Assembly: GCA_943789275.1 (NCBI GenBank)
Contig: CALSTM010000003.1
Coordinates: 420,001-452,000, forward strand
Source of the DNA: Candidatus Poseidoniaceae archaeon
Lineage (GTDB): Archaea > Thermoplasmatota > Poseidoniia > Poseidoniales > Poseidoniaceae
DNA length: 32,000 nucleotides
Reading direction: 5' to 3'
Below are positions 24,785 through 32,000 of this stretch, piece by piece. Below the pieces are notes generated by a model. That model saw only the letters and a list, made by a program, of their open reading frames with translations. It was not told where the DNA came from and searched no databases. Within the stretch, counting starts at the first letter, position 1. Each line of letters begins with the position of its first letter. The translations under genes and the position numbers were made by a program.

Positions 24785-25254
24785 TGCATCACCAGTTCAA
24801 CAGTCCTGATGGACCGGTCGATGTCACCGTGACGAAGCAAGGAGATGAATGGATTCTTGGCGAGCACAAAGCTGTTCGAGAACGCGATGGGCGACTCAAG
24901 ATTCATCTTGCTAACGGAGAATCTGGCTTTGCTACGGTCGCAAAGGTCGCAGACCACTGGTGGGTTCATTTTTCTGGACACACGTTCAATTTCGAGCGAA
25001 TCGAACCAGGGGCGACTCAAGGTGGGAACGATGGTGGCCTAACTGCACCTATGCCGGGCAAAGTTCTCGATGTCTTGGTTGAAGTCGGTCAATCCGTAGA
25101 AACGGGCCAAACACTGATGATTCTTGAAGCCATGAAGATGGAACACAGGATTCTTGCGGCGGCCTCAGGAACGGTTACGGACGTGTATTTTTCGGCAGGC
25201 GAACAGGTTCAGCAAGGTTCTGCTCTGTTGGCCATGACCGAGCATGAAGATTAG
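24784..25254 (+). CDS. Biotin carboxyl carrier protein (C-terminal part of the BT domain plus the biotinyl domain)
   Basis: LTAPMPGKVLDVLV....LMILEAMKMEHRILA, with the biotinyl-Lys in AMKM. The ATG overlaps the upstream stop as TGATG, and GGAGGT lies 7 nt upstream. Confidence 0.8.
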   Translation: MHHQFNSPDGPVDVTVTKQGDEWILGEHKAVRERDGRLKIHLANGESGFATVAKVADHWWVHFSGHTFNFERIEPGATQGGNDGGLTAPMPGKVLDVLVEVGQSVETGQTLMILEAMKMEHRILAAASGTVTDVYFSAGEQVQQGSALLAMTEHED

Positions 25255-26129
25255 CGATTACGCCAATCTCCTGATTCTATTTTCGGGTTCAAGCTCCCGT
25301 TTCGTTCGTTGTACATGTAGGTCCAAGCCCATTCAAATCCATCGTCCGTTTGTACCTCAACGATGGTTCGATTGTACAGAGAATCTTCCGAGCCATAGCC
25401 GTAAAAACCCTCGATACTATCAAGCGTTTGCAGGGCAGTATAGACTTGATCAAGATGGTACAATTCCCCTTTGATGGTCCCCTCACCTTCAATCATACCA
25501 GGAAATGCTCCCAAGTCGGCCAAATCCCCTTTGACAGTTGCACTTTGGCCTTCACCAATGCATATCTGTTCAATGGTCGATGAGCGTCGTTCTCCTTGCA
25601 TCAACGTACCGTAGACAAAAATCTTTTCTAAAGGGAAACTTGGTGCGAAGTTTTCAATAGCGTTTTTCAATTCTCCAATTGGAAGTCTTCTCTTTCTCAA
25701 CCCCTTTTCAATGAGGCTGATGTAGTGTTTTGTCGGCTGAATAAAATGGTCTTCTCGACGTTCTGGAGTTACGCAATAGGTCAACGCCTCAGTGAAGGAT
25801 CCGTCTGGAAGAGCGACGTTAACCGTTCGACGGGCGTAGACACCCGCTCTGGTACCTTCTTTTCGGTCCATGGCTGCCAAAGCGCCTTCATCCATAGAGA
25901 ACAGTACACCAGGAACGGCATGCCCTCTACCGTTTTCGACAATATCTGCCGCACCCCCTTCTCTTCCGGCCGAAAAGTAATGAAATTTCATGGTGTAATT
26001 CGGTAGCCAACACGGCCCTTTTTCGATCAGACCGTCGTGTGGCAAATGTTTACGTTCGCACCAGCTTTTCCAATCGGACCAATCAAGGTTTGAGCCGTAT
26101 CCGAAATAGAGCACTTCTCCTTCAACCAT
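25251..26129 (-). CDS. Tandem gamma-glutamylcyclotransferase-fold protein (GGCT-like plus AIG2/GGACT-like domains)
   Basis: Domain 1: VLYFGYGSNLDW...AAMDRKEG..YARR. Domain 2: IFVYGTLMQGERR...GELYHL....LDSIEG....YNRT....AWTYMY. Confidence 0.7.
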   Translation of the reverse strand: MVEGEVLYFGYGSNLDWSDWKSWCERKHLPHDGLIEKGPCWLPNYTMKFHYFSAGREGGAADIVENGRGHAVPGVLFSMDEGALAAMDRKEGTRAGVYARRTVNVALPDGSFTEALTYCVTPERREDHFIQPTKHYISLIEKGLRKRRLPIGELKNAIENFAPSFPLEKIFVYGTLMQGERRSSTIEQICIGEGQSATVKGDLADLGAFPGMIEGEGTIKGELYHLDQVYTALQTLDSIEGFYGYGSEDSLYNRTIVEVQTDDGFEWAWTYMYNERNGSLNPKIESGDWRNR

Positions 26130-26145
26130 GATGAACCATCACGGC

Positions 26146-26163
26146 AAGGCTATTTCAAGCCTT
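26146..26163 (-). other. Intercistronic hairpin AAGGCT-ATTTCA-AGCCTT between serS and the GGCT gene
   Basis: 6-bp perfect stem with a 6-nt loop in a 38-nt spacer. No T-run follows, so it is not a convincing terminator. Confidence 0.3.
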
Positions 26164-26167
26164 ACAC

Positions 26168-27460
26168 TCATCCCCAACTGCACGGTTCGAGGACTTCTTG
26201 TCCACCCATGAGGGGTTGAAGAACATCAGGAATGCTCACACGCCCGTCTTCCAGTTGGTTTTGTTCCATAATCGCTACCAGTGCTCGCGAAGTGGCTACT
26301 GCAGTTGAATTTAGCGTGTGTGCTATTGGTTGACCTGCGTGACCGGGTTGTCCGTACCGGATCTGAAGGCGATTTGCTTGATAGTCAGTGCAATTTGAAC
26401 ACGACACGATTTCCTTGTATTGATTTGCACCGGGAATCCAGGCCTCAAGGTCGTACTTTCGTGCAGCAACCGTCCCCATGTCGCCGGTACAGATGTTTAC
26501 CACTTCGTAATGCATGCCCAGAGCATCCCACAAATCCAGACAGTTTTGCAGTAACTCTTCTTGAAGTTCCCAAGACTGTTCTGGTGTTGCAATGATGATT
26601 TGCTCAATCTTGGTAAATTGGTGAACGCGCCAAATCCCTAAGTCGGATTGTCCGTGTGAGCCGACTTCTCTACGGAAGCAAGGTGAGACACCCACAATGC
26701 GCAACGGTAGGTCGGCCTCTGGAATCGTTTCACCCATGAACATCGCCGTCAGGGGGTGCTCTGCTGTGGCAATCATGTAGTAACCATCAGGTTCTACGCC
26801 GTACATCACTGTTTCAAAATCAGAAAGGTCTGTTACGCCTTCGTAAGCATCACGGTTCATCATGACTGGCGGTTGGACAAACGTATAGCCGCGTTCTCGG
26901 ATGAAGTTCACTGCGTACTGTTGAAGCGCAAACTCAAGTCGAGCCAAATCTCCTTTGAGAAAGAAAAACCGGCTACCAACAATCTTTGCGGCTCGTTTCA
27001 AGTCAACCCACTTGTTCATTTCGATAAGTTCGTTGTGGGTGCGAGGTTCAAATTCAAAAGTTGGTTTTTCGCCATGAACGCTGTGCTGTGTGTTGCCTGA
27101 TTCGTCAGCACCTTGCGGTACATCGGGATGGAGGATGTTTGGAATGGACATGCGTAACTTGTCGCGTTCTGCAACTGCCGCATCGGTTTTCTTTTCCATT
27201 TCTGCAATTTGTGCCCCGAGCTCAGCCACTTCAGCAAGTATGCGTTGAGCCGCTTCTTGGTCGCCGGATTTCTTGGCAGCACCAATCCCTCTTGCAGCGG
27301 TGTTCTTTTGCGCACGAAGTTGATTGGTTTCGTGCTGAAGATTAATCCAAGTTTGATCGAATTCGATAACTTGGTCTATTTTATCATGGGGAATACCACG
27401 CTTGTCGTGGTCTTTTCGAATCGTCTCCGGTTCGTTACGAAATAAATTGATATCCAGCAT
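26168..27460 (-). CDS. serS: Seryl-tRNA synthetase
   Basis: 430 aa with an N-terminal coiled-coil arm. Class II motifs SPCFRREVGSHG and HTLNSTAVATSRALVAIMEQNQ. GAGGTG lies 5 nt upstream of the ATG. Confidence 0.9.
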   Translation of the reverse strand: MLDINLFRNEPETIRKDHDKRGIPHDKIDQVIEFDQTWINLQHETNQLRAQKNTAARGIGAAKKSGDQEAAQRILAEVAELGAQIAEMEKKTDAAVAERDKLRMSIPNILHPDVPQGADESGNTQHSVHGEKPTFEFEPRTHNELIEMNKWVDLKRAAKIVGSRFFFLKGDLARLEFALQQYAVNFIRERGYTFVQPPVMMNRDAYEGVTDLSDFETVMYGVEPDGYYMIATAEHPLTAMFMGETIPEADLPLRIVGVSPCFRREVGSHGQSDLGIWRVHQFTKIEQIIIATPEQSWELQEELLQNCLDLWDALGMHYEVVNICTGDMGTVAARKYDLEAWIPGANQYKEIVSCSNCTDYQANRLQIRYGQPGHAGQPIAHTLNSTAVATSRALVAIMEQNQLEDGRVSIPDVLQPLMGGQEVLEPCSWG

Positions 27461-27469
27461 ATGTACACC

Positions 27470-29704
27470 TCACAATGTTAGTCCAAAGTCAAAGATTGCC
27501 CAACCTACCCCGGTAACAAGTCCACCAACGAGGTAACCCAGAATTGCTCCACCGTTCAACAATGGAAGACCTGCTTGAGCACGGCCACGGGCCACATAGG
27601 TCATCAATGCAAAATAGCCAAGGAGACCTCCAAGGAGTGTCATCATGGCGATTTGGAAGCCTTCGCTACCATCGATGTATTGAGCGGATGATAAGACCAG
27701 CATTCCGGGGAAGATGACGTCTCCAAGACCCATGAACATGGCGTCTTTTCCTTGCTTCTTTGGTTGAGTATTTTGCATTGGATTTTGCGTAGGAGCAACC
27801 GATTGATGCGCAGGTACAGCGTTTTTCTCCTTCATGGAGACCGTTTCATCAATGAACGAATATCCTTTTTCTTGGGGTGCGACCAGAAGAATCGGTAGCC
27901 GTAGGCCAATCATGGTGTCGGCTAGGTCAAGCATGTGTTTTGAGCGATAGACAGCCCAAGCATCGTAGATGGCTGCGGCAATCATGAAGATGATAATGAG
28001 GGTTGGAACAAAGGTTACTCCGAGCATGACGATGACACCTGAGCCAACCAATACACCAACTGTGTTGACGACATACCATTCGCTGTGAACATAGAGGAGA
28101 ATCATCAAAATGGTGGTGATGAGGAGTGCTGCAATCAGCGGCCCTTCAGAGAATTGAGGCCCATTAAGGGCGAACATTCCATCTTCTATGACTCCTGATT
28201 CAAGTGCCATCGTACCGTTCTCGTAAACGGCATTGAATTGAGTTGAATTGTCAGAGAACGTGAACCATGAAGTCTTCAAGTCGTGTTCAATATCAAAGGA
28301 AATCCTGTTGATGAGGCTTTGTGTGTGAAGCCAGTCTGCTTTTTCACCGGTTGTAATGAGCATATCGCTGAATCCACTTTCGTCAAGGTCGGTAATTCGA
28401 ACAGATTGGATGGTCTGGGCGTAACCGAGCAGTGAAATCTTGGTTTGTGGCTCAAAAATCACGCCATCGGACTGATTCCATTCAAAGCCAATGACGTCCC
28501 CGTTTTCCTCTCCAAGCAACAACAATCCTTCCTGACCATTGCTTTCACTGATGTTTCCATTGGACCATGGAGAGTGTCCAAAATCAGCACTTGTAAAGTT
28601 GCTTGTAGCGTTGATTGTAAACAACACCTTGGCCATCGAATTTGAATTTGGATTCAAGTCAAGGGCACCCGAACTCGTTTCCAATTCAAGAACGGCAGCA
28701 GCAGTAGGTGTGACGATGAGAACTTTGTCATCATCAATGACTTCGGAGTAAAGTACGCCTTCGTGCGTCTTCAATCCAGATGGTAGTGACCATCCACCTT
28801 GGTAGGTCCAGTTTCCAGGGTTCTCTTCGAAGGTACTGTAACGAACCATCTTGGCGTCTTGGTCGACCAAATACATGGCGTTATTCGCATGGAATGCGAG
28901 TGAACAACCTCCTTCAAGATTCCCGAGCGGCACCGGGTCATCGGTGTCCAAGTAGCGGTGGCAAGCATAAGAATCCTGCAATTCACCCGTTTCTGCATCA
29001 ACGTACCAAACAAATGCTTGGTTGGTGAATGAATAGTAATCATCTGAAACAACGATGTTGAGGTGAGCAGTATCCGCATACGGGAGCCTTTCATGCGTCA
29101 CGGTCCATTTTGAAGTGTTTGTTGATAATCCATCTGCGTCGTAAACGCTGATGGAATCGTTCCACATTCCTGGGGCACCGATGAGTGAGTTGGTGATGTG
29201 TGTGTCCATGCCGTGATGTGAATGGTACGACATGCCGACTTCTGCGTCGCTCTGGTACTCAAACGGATCCGCTTCTAGGTCGAGCACCATGACGTGCGTC
29301 AGCGGGACGGTGGCGTACAGGAGAGCGATAGCAAGAACGCCCATGATTCCGTACTTTATGATCCACTCTTTCTTGTATTTTGCGAGAAGCAAGATGCCAG
29401 CTGTGAAAATGAAAATCATAACCAATTGTAGAGCAATGTACCGAACTTGGCGAGCCCCTTCAACCCCATAGGCTTGCAATTCAGCAATATCGTACCATGG
29501 ACGGATGTACAGGGAAATGCCGATGGTCAAAATGAACATGAACATCATCCCGAGCATGGAAGGGAGTTGCTCTTTCATCATCCAGAGCAAGGTGTCTTCT
29601 TTACGCAGTTGCGCCTGAACGGCGGCAAATTCCTCCGAAACCTTTCGCTGCGGTTCCGAGGTGGTCTCCTGTTCGCTCATACCCTGTCGACTCCGGACAC
29701 TCAT
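27470..29704 (-). CDS. Presenilin/signal-peptide-peptidase-type (GxGD) intramembrane aspartyl protease homologue with a large inserted extracytoplasmic domain
   Basis: 744 aa. Signature motifs: AAAIYDAWAVY (YD, D581), FMGLGDVIFPGMLV (GxGD, D662) and GLPLLNGGAILGY (PAL-like). Three N-terminal helices precede a hydrophilic insert at aa ~142-519, followed by six more helices. Confidence 0.65.
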   Translation of the reverse strand: MSVRSRQGMSEQETTSEPQRKVSEEFAAVQAQLRKEDTLLWMMKEQLPSMLGMMFMFILTIGISLYIRPWYDIAELQAYGVEGARQVRYIALQLVMIFIFTAGILLLAKYKKEWIIKYGIMGVLAIALLYATVPLTHVMVLDLEADPFEYQSDAEVGMSYHSHHGMDTHITNSLIGAPGMWNDSISVYDADGLSTNTSKWTVTHERLPYADTAHLNIVVSDDYYSFTNQAFVWYVDAETGELQDSYACHRYLDTDDPVPLGNLEGGCSLAFHANNAMYLVDQDAKMVRYSTFEENPGNWTYQGGWSLPSGLKTHEGVLYSEVIDDDKVLIVTPTAAAVLELETSSGALDLNPNSNSMAKVLFTINATSNFTSADFGHSPWSNGNISESNGQEGLLLLGEENGDVIGFEWNQSDGVIFEPQTKISLLGYAQTIQSVRITDLDESGFSDMLITTGEKADWLHTQSLINRISFDIEHDLKTSWFTFSDNSTQFNAVYENGTMALESGVIEDGMFALNGPQFSEGPLIAALLITTILMILLYVHSEWYVVNTVGVLVGSGVIVMLGVTFVPTLIIIFMIAAAIYDAWAVYRSKHMLDLADTMIGLRLPILLVAPQEKGYSFIDETVSMKEKNAVPAHQSVAPTQNPMQNTQPKKQGKDAMFMGLGDVIFPGMLVLSSAQYIDGSEGFQIAMMTLLGGLLGYFALMTYVARGRAQAGLPLLNGGAILGYLVGGLVTGVGWAIFDFGLTL

Positions 29705-29723
29705 ATGAGGGTCGCGTATACCA

Positions 29724-29740
29724 CGCCCCCGTAGGGGGCG
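29724..29740. other. GC-rich hairpin CGCCCCC-GTA-GGGGGCG in the divergent presenilin-like/folC spacer
   Basis: 7-bp perfect stem with a 3-nt loop, 20-36 nt upstream of the ATG at 29704. Confidence 0.4.
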
Positions 29741-29802
29741 AATGCAAGCGTCTCATTTACGGGCAAAGAAAAGGACTAATCACACGAACCCTTCGCAGAA
29801 AT

Positions 29803-31098
29803 GTGGTTGAAGCGCGTACTTGGCTTGAATCGACCAAAAAACGCGGTATGGCGTTGGGTTTGAAGGGCACTCGGACCGTTCTTGAACGTCTACAACTTTC
29901 GTTGCCGAAGCATATTCTGCATGTCGCAGGCAGCAACGGTAAGGGGACGGTGTGCGCACTCATGGCGACCTCTTTGGGTCTGGATGGCATTGAAAATGTG
30001 CTGTTCAGTTCACCTCATGTTGTACGTCTTGAGGAACGAGTTCGCCGTAACGGTATTCCGTTGTCAAACGAAGAGTTTGACGAAGCCTTACTTTTGATTC
30101 ATGACGCCGCATGCAGTCAGGCCCATGAATTCACTGTTGATTTGACGTTCTTCGAGGTGACCTATTTGGTCGCCATGATTGCATCGCAAGGATGCAACGT
30201 CTTGATTCTTGAAACGGGTCTCGGTGGTCGCTTGGACGCAACACGCAGTGGACCTGCAACTGCAAGTTTGGTAACATCAGTCACCCGGGAACACGTTGAC
30301 ATTCTGGGGGGTGACCTTCCGACCATCGCTCGTGAAAAAGCAGCTATTGCACGCCCAAACTGCCCCATATTCATTCGAGACCCCACTGAGCAGGACGTCC
30401 TCGATGCCATGAAGTTGGAAGCAAATGCCGCAGGGAATCCGGAACTTGGCGAGGTTCCGTCACCTTCTGAAGTTCATGTCGTAGCCATCCCCAACGACGC
30501 TTCGGTACGAAAGGAAGCCTTTCTCCTTGCACTTACCGTGTTTGAACACATAGGATTGCCAACAGCATCGCTCGGTCATGCCCGTGACCATTTGCGATGG
30601 CTTGCCCGCATGCAATTTCTTCCCAGTACGGCGACGTCATCTCATCCTTATCTGCTTGATGCGGCTCACAACCCATCCGGCTTACGTCGAATTTTGCCGG
30701 AATTGGAACAGTATCTTTTGCAGCATGCTTCGAAGCATCATTCACTGCCTGTGTGGAGTTTGGTGTTCGGGACTTCGCCGCAAGACGACTTAGGTCAATT
30801 CCTTGAACCTCTACTGGGCTTTTGTCAGCGTTTTCCTCCAAAGCAAATTCTCCTCACTCGACCTCAAGGAGGGAGATATCCTGGAGTTCCTGTTGACGTA
30901 TTGGCCCAACAAAACTGGCAAAGAAACGATGTGCAGCAATACCTCTTGCCCGTGGACGCCATCAAGGCATTGACATCTTGTGATTCGGAAAACGTCGGAC
31001 TCGTGGTCAGTTTAGGTTCACTGTATTTGCAAGGAAATCTCTTGTCAGCCTTTGGTTGGAGCACAGATGAACACCTTTCGTTGTATGCGAAGGACTGA
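29803..31098 (+). CDS. folC: Folylpolyglutamate synthase/dihydrofolate synthase (Mur-ligase family)
   Basis: P-loop HVAGSNGKGTV, LETGLGGRLDATR and LDAAHNPSG. The GTG at 29803 is the first possible start in this frame. Confidence 0.75.
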   Translation: MVEARTWLESTKKRGMALGLKGTRTVLERLQLSLPKHILHVAGSNGKGTVCALMATSLGLDGIENVLFSSPHVVRLEERVRRNGIPLSNEEFDEALLLIHDAACSQAHEFTVDLTFFEVTYLVAMIASQGCNVLILETGLGGRLDATRSGPATASLVTSVTREHVDILGGDLPTIAREKAAIARPNCPIFIRDPTEQDVLDAMKLEANAAGNPELGEVPSPSEVHVVAIPNDASVRKEAFLLALTVFEHIGLPTASLGHARDHLRWLARMQFLPSTATSSHPYLLDAAHNPSGLRRILPELEQYLLQHASKHHSLPVWSLVFGTSPQDDLGQFLEPLLGFCQRFPPKQILLTRPQGGRYPGVPVDVLAQQNWQRNDVQQYLLPVDAIKALTSCDSENVGLVVSLGSLYLQGNLLSAFGWSTDEHLSLYAKD

Positions 31099-31133
31099 TA
31101 GAGAGATGACGTGTGAGGCAACCGTTGAGAGCC

Positions 31134-31571
31134 ATGAGTGAGAAATGGGACAATCGTTTTTTGGAATTGGCAAAACACATATCCGGCTGGAGTAAAGATC
31201 CTTCGACAAAGGTCGGTTGCGTTGTTGTCGGTGAAGACCGAGAGATTCGTTCGACCGGTTTCAACGGTTTCCCACGAGGGATCAACGATGACGCTTCTCG
31301 ACTCACCGATCGCGATAAAAAATATCCTTTGATTTGTCACGCTGAGGAAAACGCAATTATGCACGCCGCCCGAATCGGTATTTCGCTCAAAGGTAGCACT
31401 GCATACGTTACTTGGCCACCTTGTTCTCGCTGTGCACGGTCGTTGATTCAAGCAGGCATCGAAGAAATTGTCTATCCTGAAACCAAAGCAATACCGGAAC
31501 GTTGGCTTGAAGATTTCAATACCTCAAACGGTATGCTTCTCGAAGCAGGAATTCGTGTCCGTACCGTTTGA
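31134..31571 (+). CDS. dCMP deaminase (ComEB/cytidine-deoxycytidylate deaminase family)
   Basis: Zinc motifs HAEENAI and PCSRCA, plus N-terminal RFLELAKHISGWSKDPSTKVGCVVV. I prefer the ATG at 31134 to the track's GTG at 31113. Confidence 0.8.
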   Translation: MSEKWDNRFLELAKHISGWSKDPSTKVGCVVVGEDREIRSTGFNGFPRGINDDASRLTDRDKKYPLICHAEENAIMHAARIGISLKGSTAYVTWPPCSRCARSLIQAGIEEIVYPETKAIPERWLEDFNTSNGMLLEAGIRVRTV

Positions 31572-31615
31572 TTGTATACCGACGACTTGATGTTGTTGTT
31601 CATCCTGTCATCGTC

Positions 31616-32000
31616 ATGCGAGGTGGTCTCTTTGCAGTGTTCGTGACCAGCGCGCTGCTCTGTTCAGGTTGTGTAACGCCGAGCGTTGATACCCTGTCCG
31701 TGCAAAACGGGGAAGATGCTGAACAGCCTACTGAACCGTGCAATGGCTTGCTTGTTCTCTGTCAAAGAACATACGATAACGTGACTTTCCCTGAAACTCA
31801 TAATGCGTTTTCAACCCATCAAGACGGCATCTATTACCCTGCAAGTAATCACCAGACAGGGCTTGATGCTCAATGGAATGCAGGTATGCGTGCTTTCATG
31901 ATTGATACACATTATGAGACGCTTGGCGATGAGCGTGTTGAATCGGTACGATTGTGCCACGGGGATGATGACAGAGGTTTCAGTCCCTGCACATATGGCA
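31616..32000 (+). CDS. Partial ORF running off the right edge: exported PI-PLC X-domain-like (PLC-like phosphodiesterase) lipoprotein
   Basis: Not in the ORF track because it has no stop. My translation from the ATG at 31616 is MRGGLFAVFVTSALLCSGCVTPS...EPCNGLLVLCQRTYDNVTFPETHNAFSTHQDGIYYPASNHQTGLDAQWNAGMRAFMIDTHYE...VRLCHGDDDRGFSPCTYG. It has a lipobox-like LLCSGC. The pattern C..Y..VTF..THNA....NQ....Q...G.R....D.H.....LCH matches PLC-like X-domain proteins as I remember them. Confidence 0.5.
   Translation, partial: MRGGLFAVFVTSALLCSGCVTPSVDTLSVQNGEDAEQPTEPCNGLLVLCQRTYDNVTFPETHNAFSTHQDGIYYPASNHQTGLDAQWNAGMRAFMIDTHYETLGDERVESVRLCHGDDDRGFSPCTYG

Noticed and set aside
25251-25254. The convergent BCCP and GGCT genes have overlapping stop codons (TTAG) and no space for terminators
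   Set aside because: The overlap is real, but it is most simply a consequence of genome compaction and indicates nothing further.
1-32000. I looked for CRISPR arrays, rRNA/tRNA genes, transposases, integrases, toxin-antitoxin pairs and known defence-system signatures
   Set aside because: I found no regularly spaced repeats, no non-coding gap long enough apart from 325-726, and no ORF with the relevant motifs. The window looks like core chromosome rather than an accessory island.

Overview
The window is a compact, about 95% coding chromosomal stretch. I infer it comes from a marine planktonic archaeon of the Thermoplasmatota, similar to Marine Group II/III. The archaeal indicators are deoxyhypusine synthase, a presenilin-type (PSH/DUF1119-like) protease, a DUF63-like membrane protein, a long FKBP, a geranylgeranyl reductase, TATA-like boxes about 25-30 nt from start codons, and GGAGGTGA-type Shine-Dalgarno (SD) sites inside operons. 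I call 27 protein-coding genes, two of them partial at the window edges. Left to right they are:
- a PRC-barrel-like ORF, a degenerate epimerase-like protein, a BNR lipoprotein and dys;
- a DNA-damage group: uvrB, an Fe-S (6-4)-photolyase-like protein, ogt and a MazG-like NTPase, interrupted by an SDR and a BacNaV-type channel;
- a quinone and respiratory-cofactor neighbourhood: UbiD-UbiA diverging from cupredoxin, geranylgeranyl reductase and CcmF;
- an FKBP with a SAP-like tail and a DUF63-like membrane protein;
- a methylcrotonyl-CoA-carboxylase-type cluster: carboxyltransferase, hydratase, biotin carboxylase and a separate BCCP;
- a tandem GGCT protein, serS and the presenilin-like protease;
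- folC, dCMP deaminase and a PI-PLC-X-like lipoprotein.

I found no rRNA, tRNA, CRISPR array, transposase, integrase or recognisable defence genes. I cannot point to a clear new multi-gene system. The most unusual items are single genes or gene junctions:
- a presenilin-type intramembrane protease with a ~380-aa sequon-rich ectodomain inserted between transmembrane helices;
- a carboxylase alpha subunit split inside its BT domain, with a TGATG junction and an SD site inside the upstream gene;
- an FKBP with a SAP/HeH tail;
- a UbiD with a duplicated C-terminal segment;
- a ~400-bp AT-rich spacer with repeated palindromes;
- two intergenic hairpins that share a CCCGTAGGG core.

All family calls rest on motifs I recognised by eye in the supplied translations. 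No searches were run, and several start codons are uncertain.
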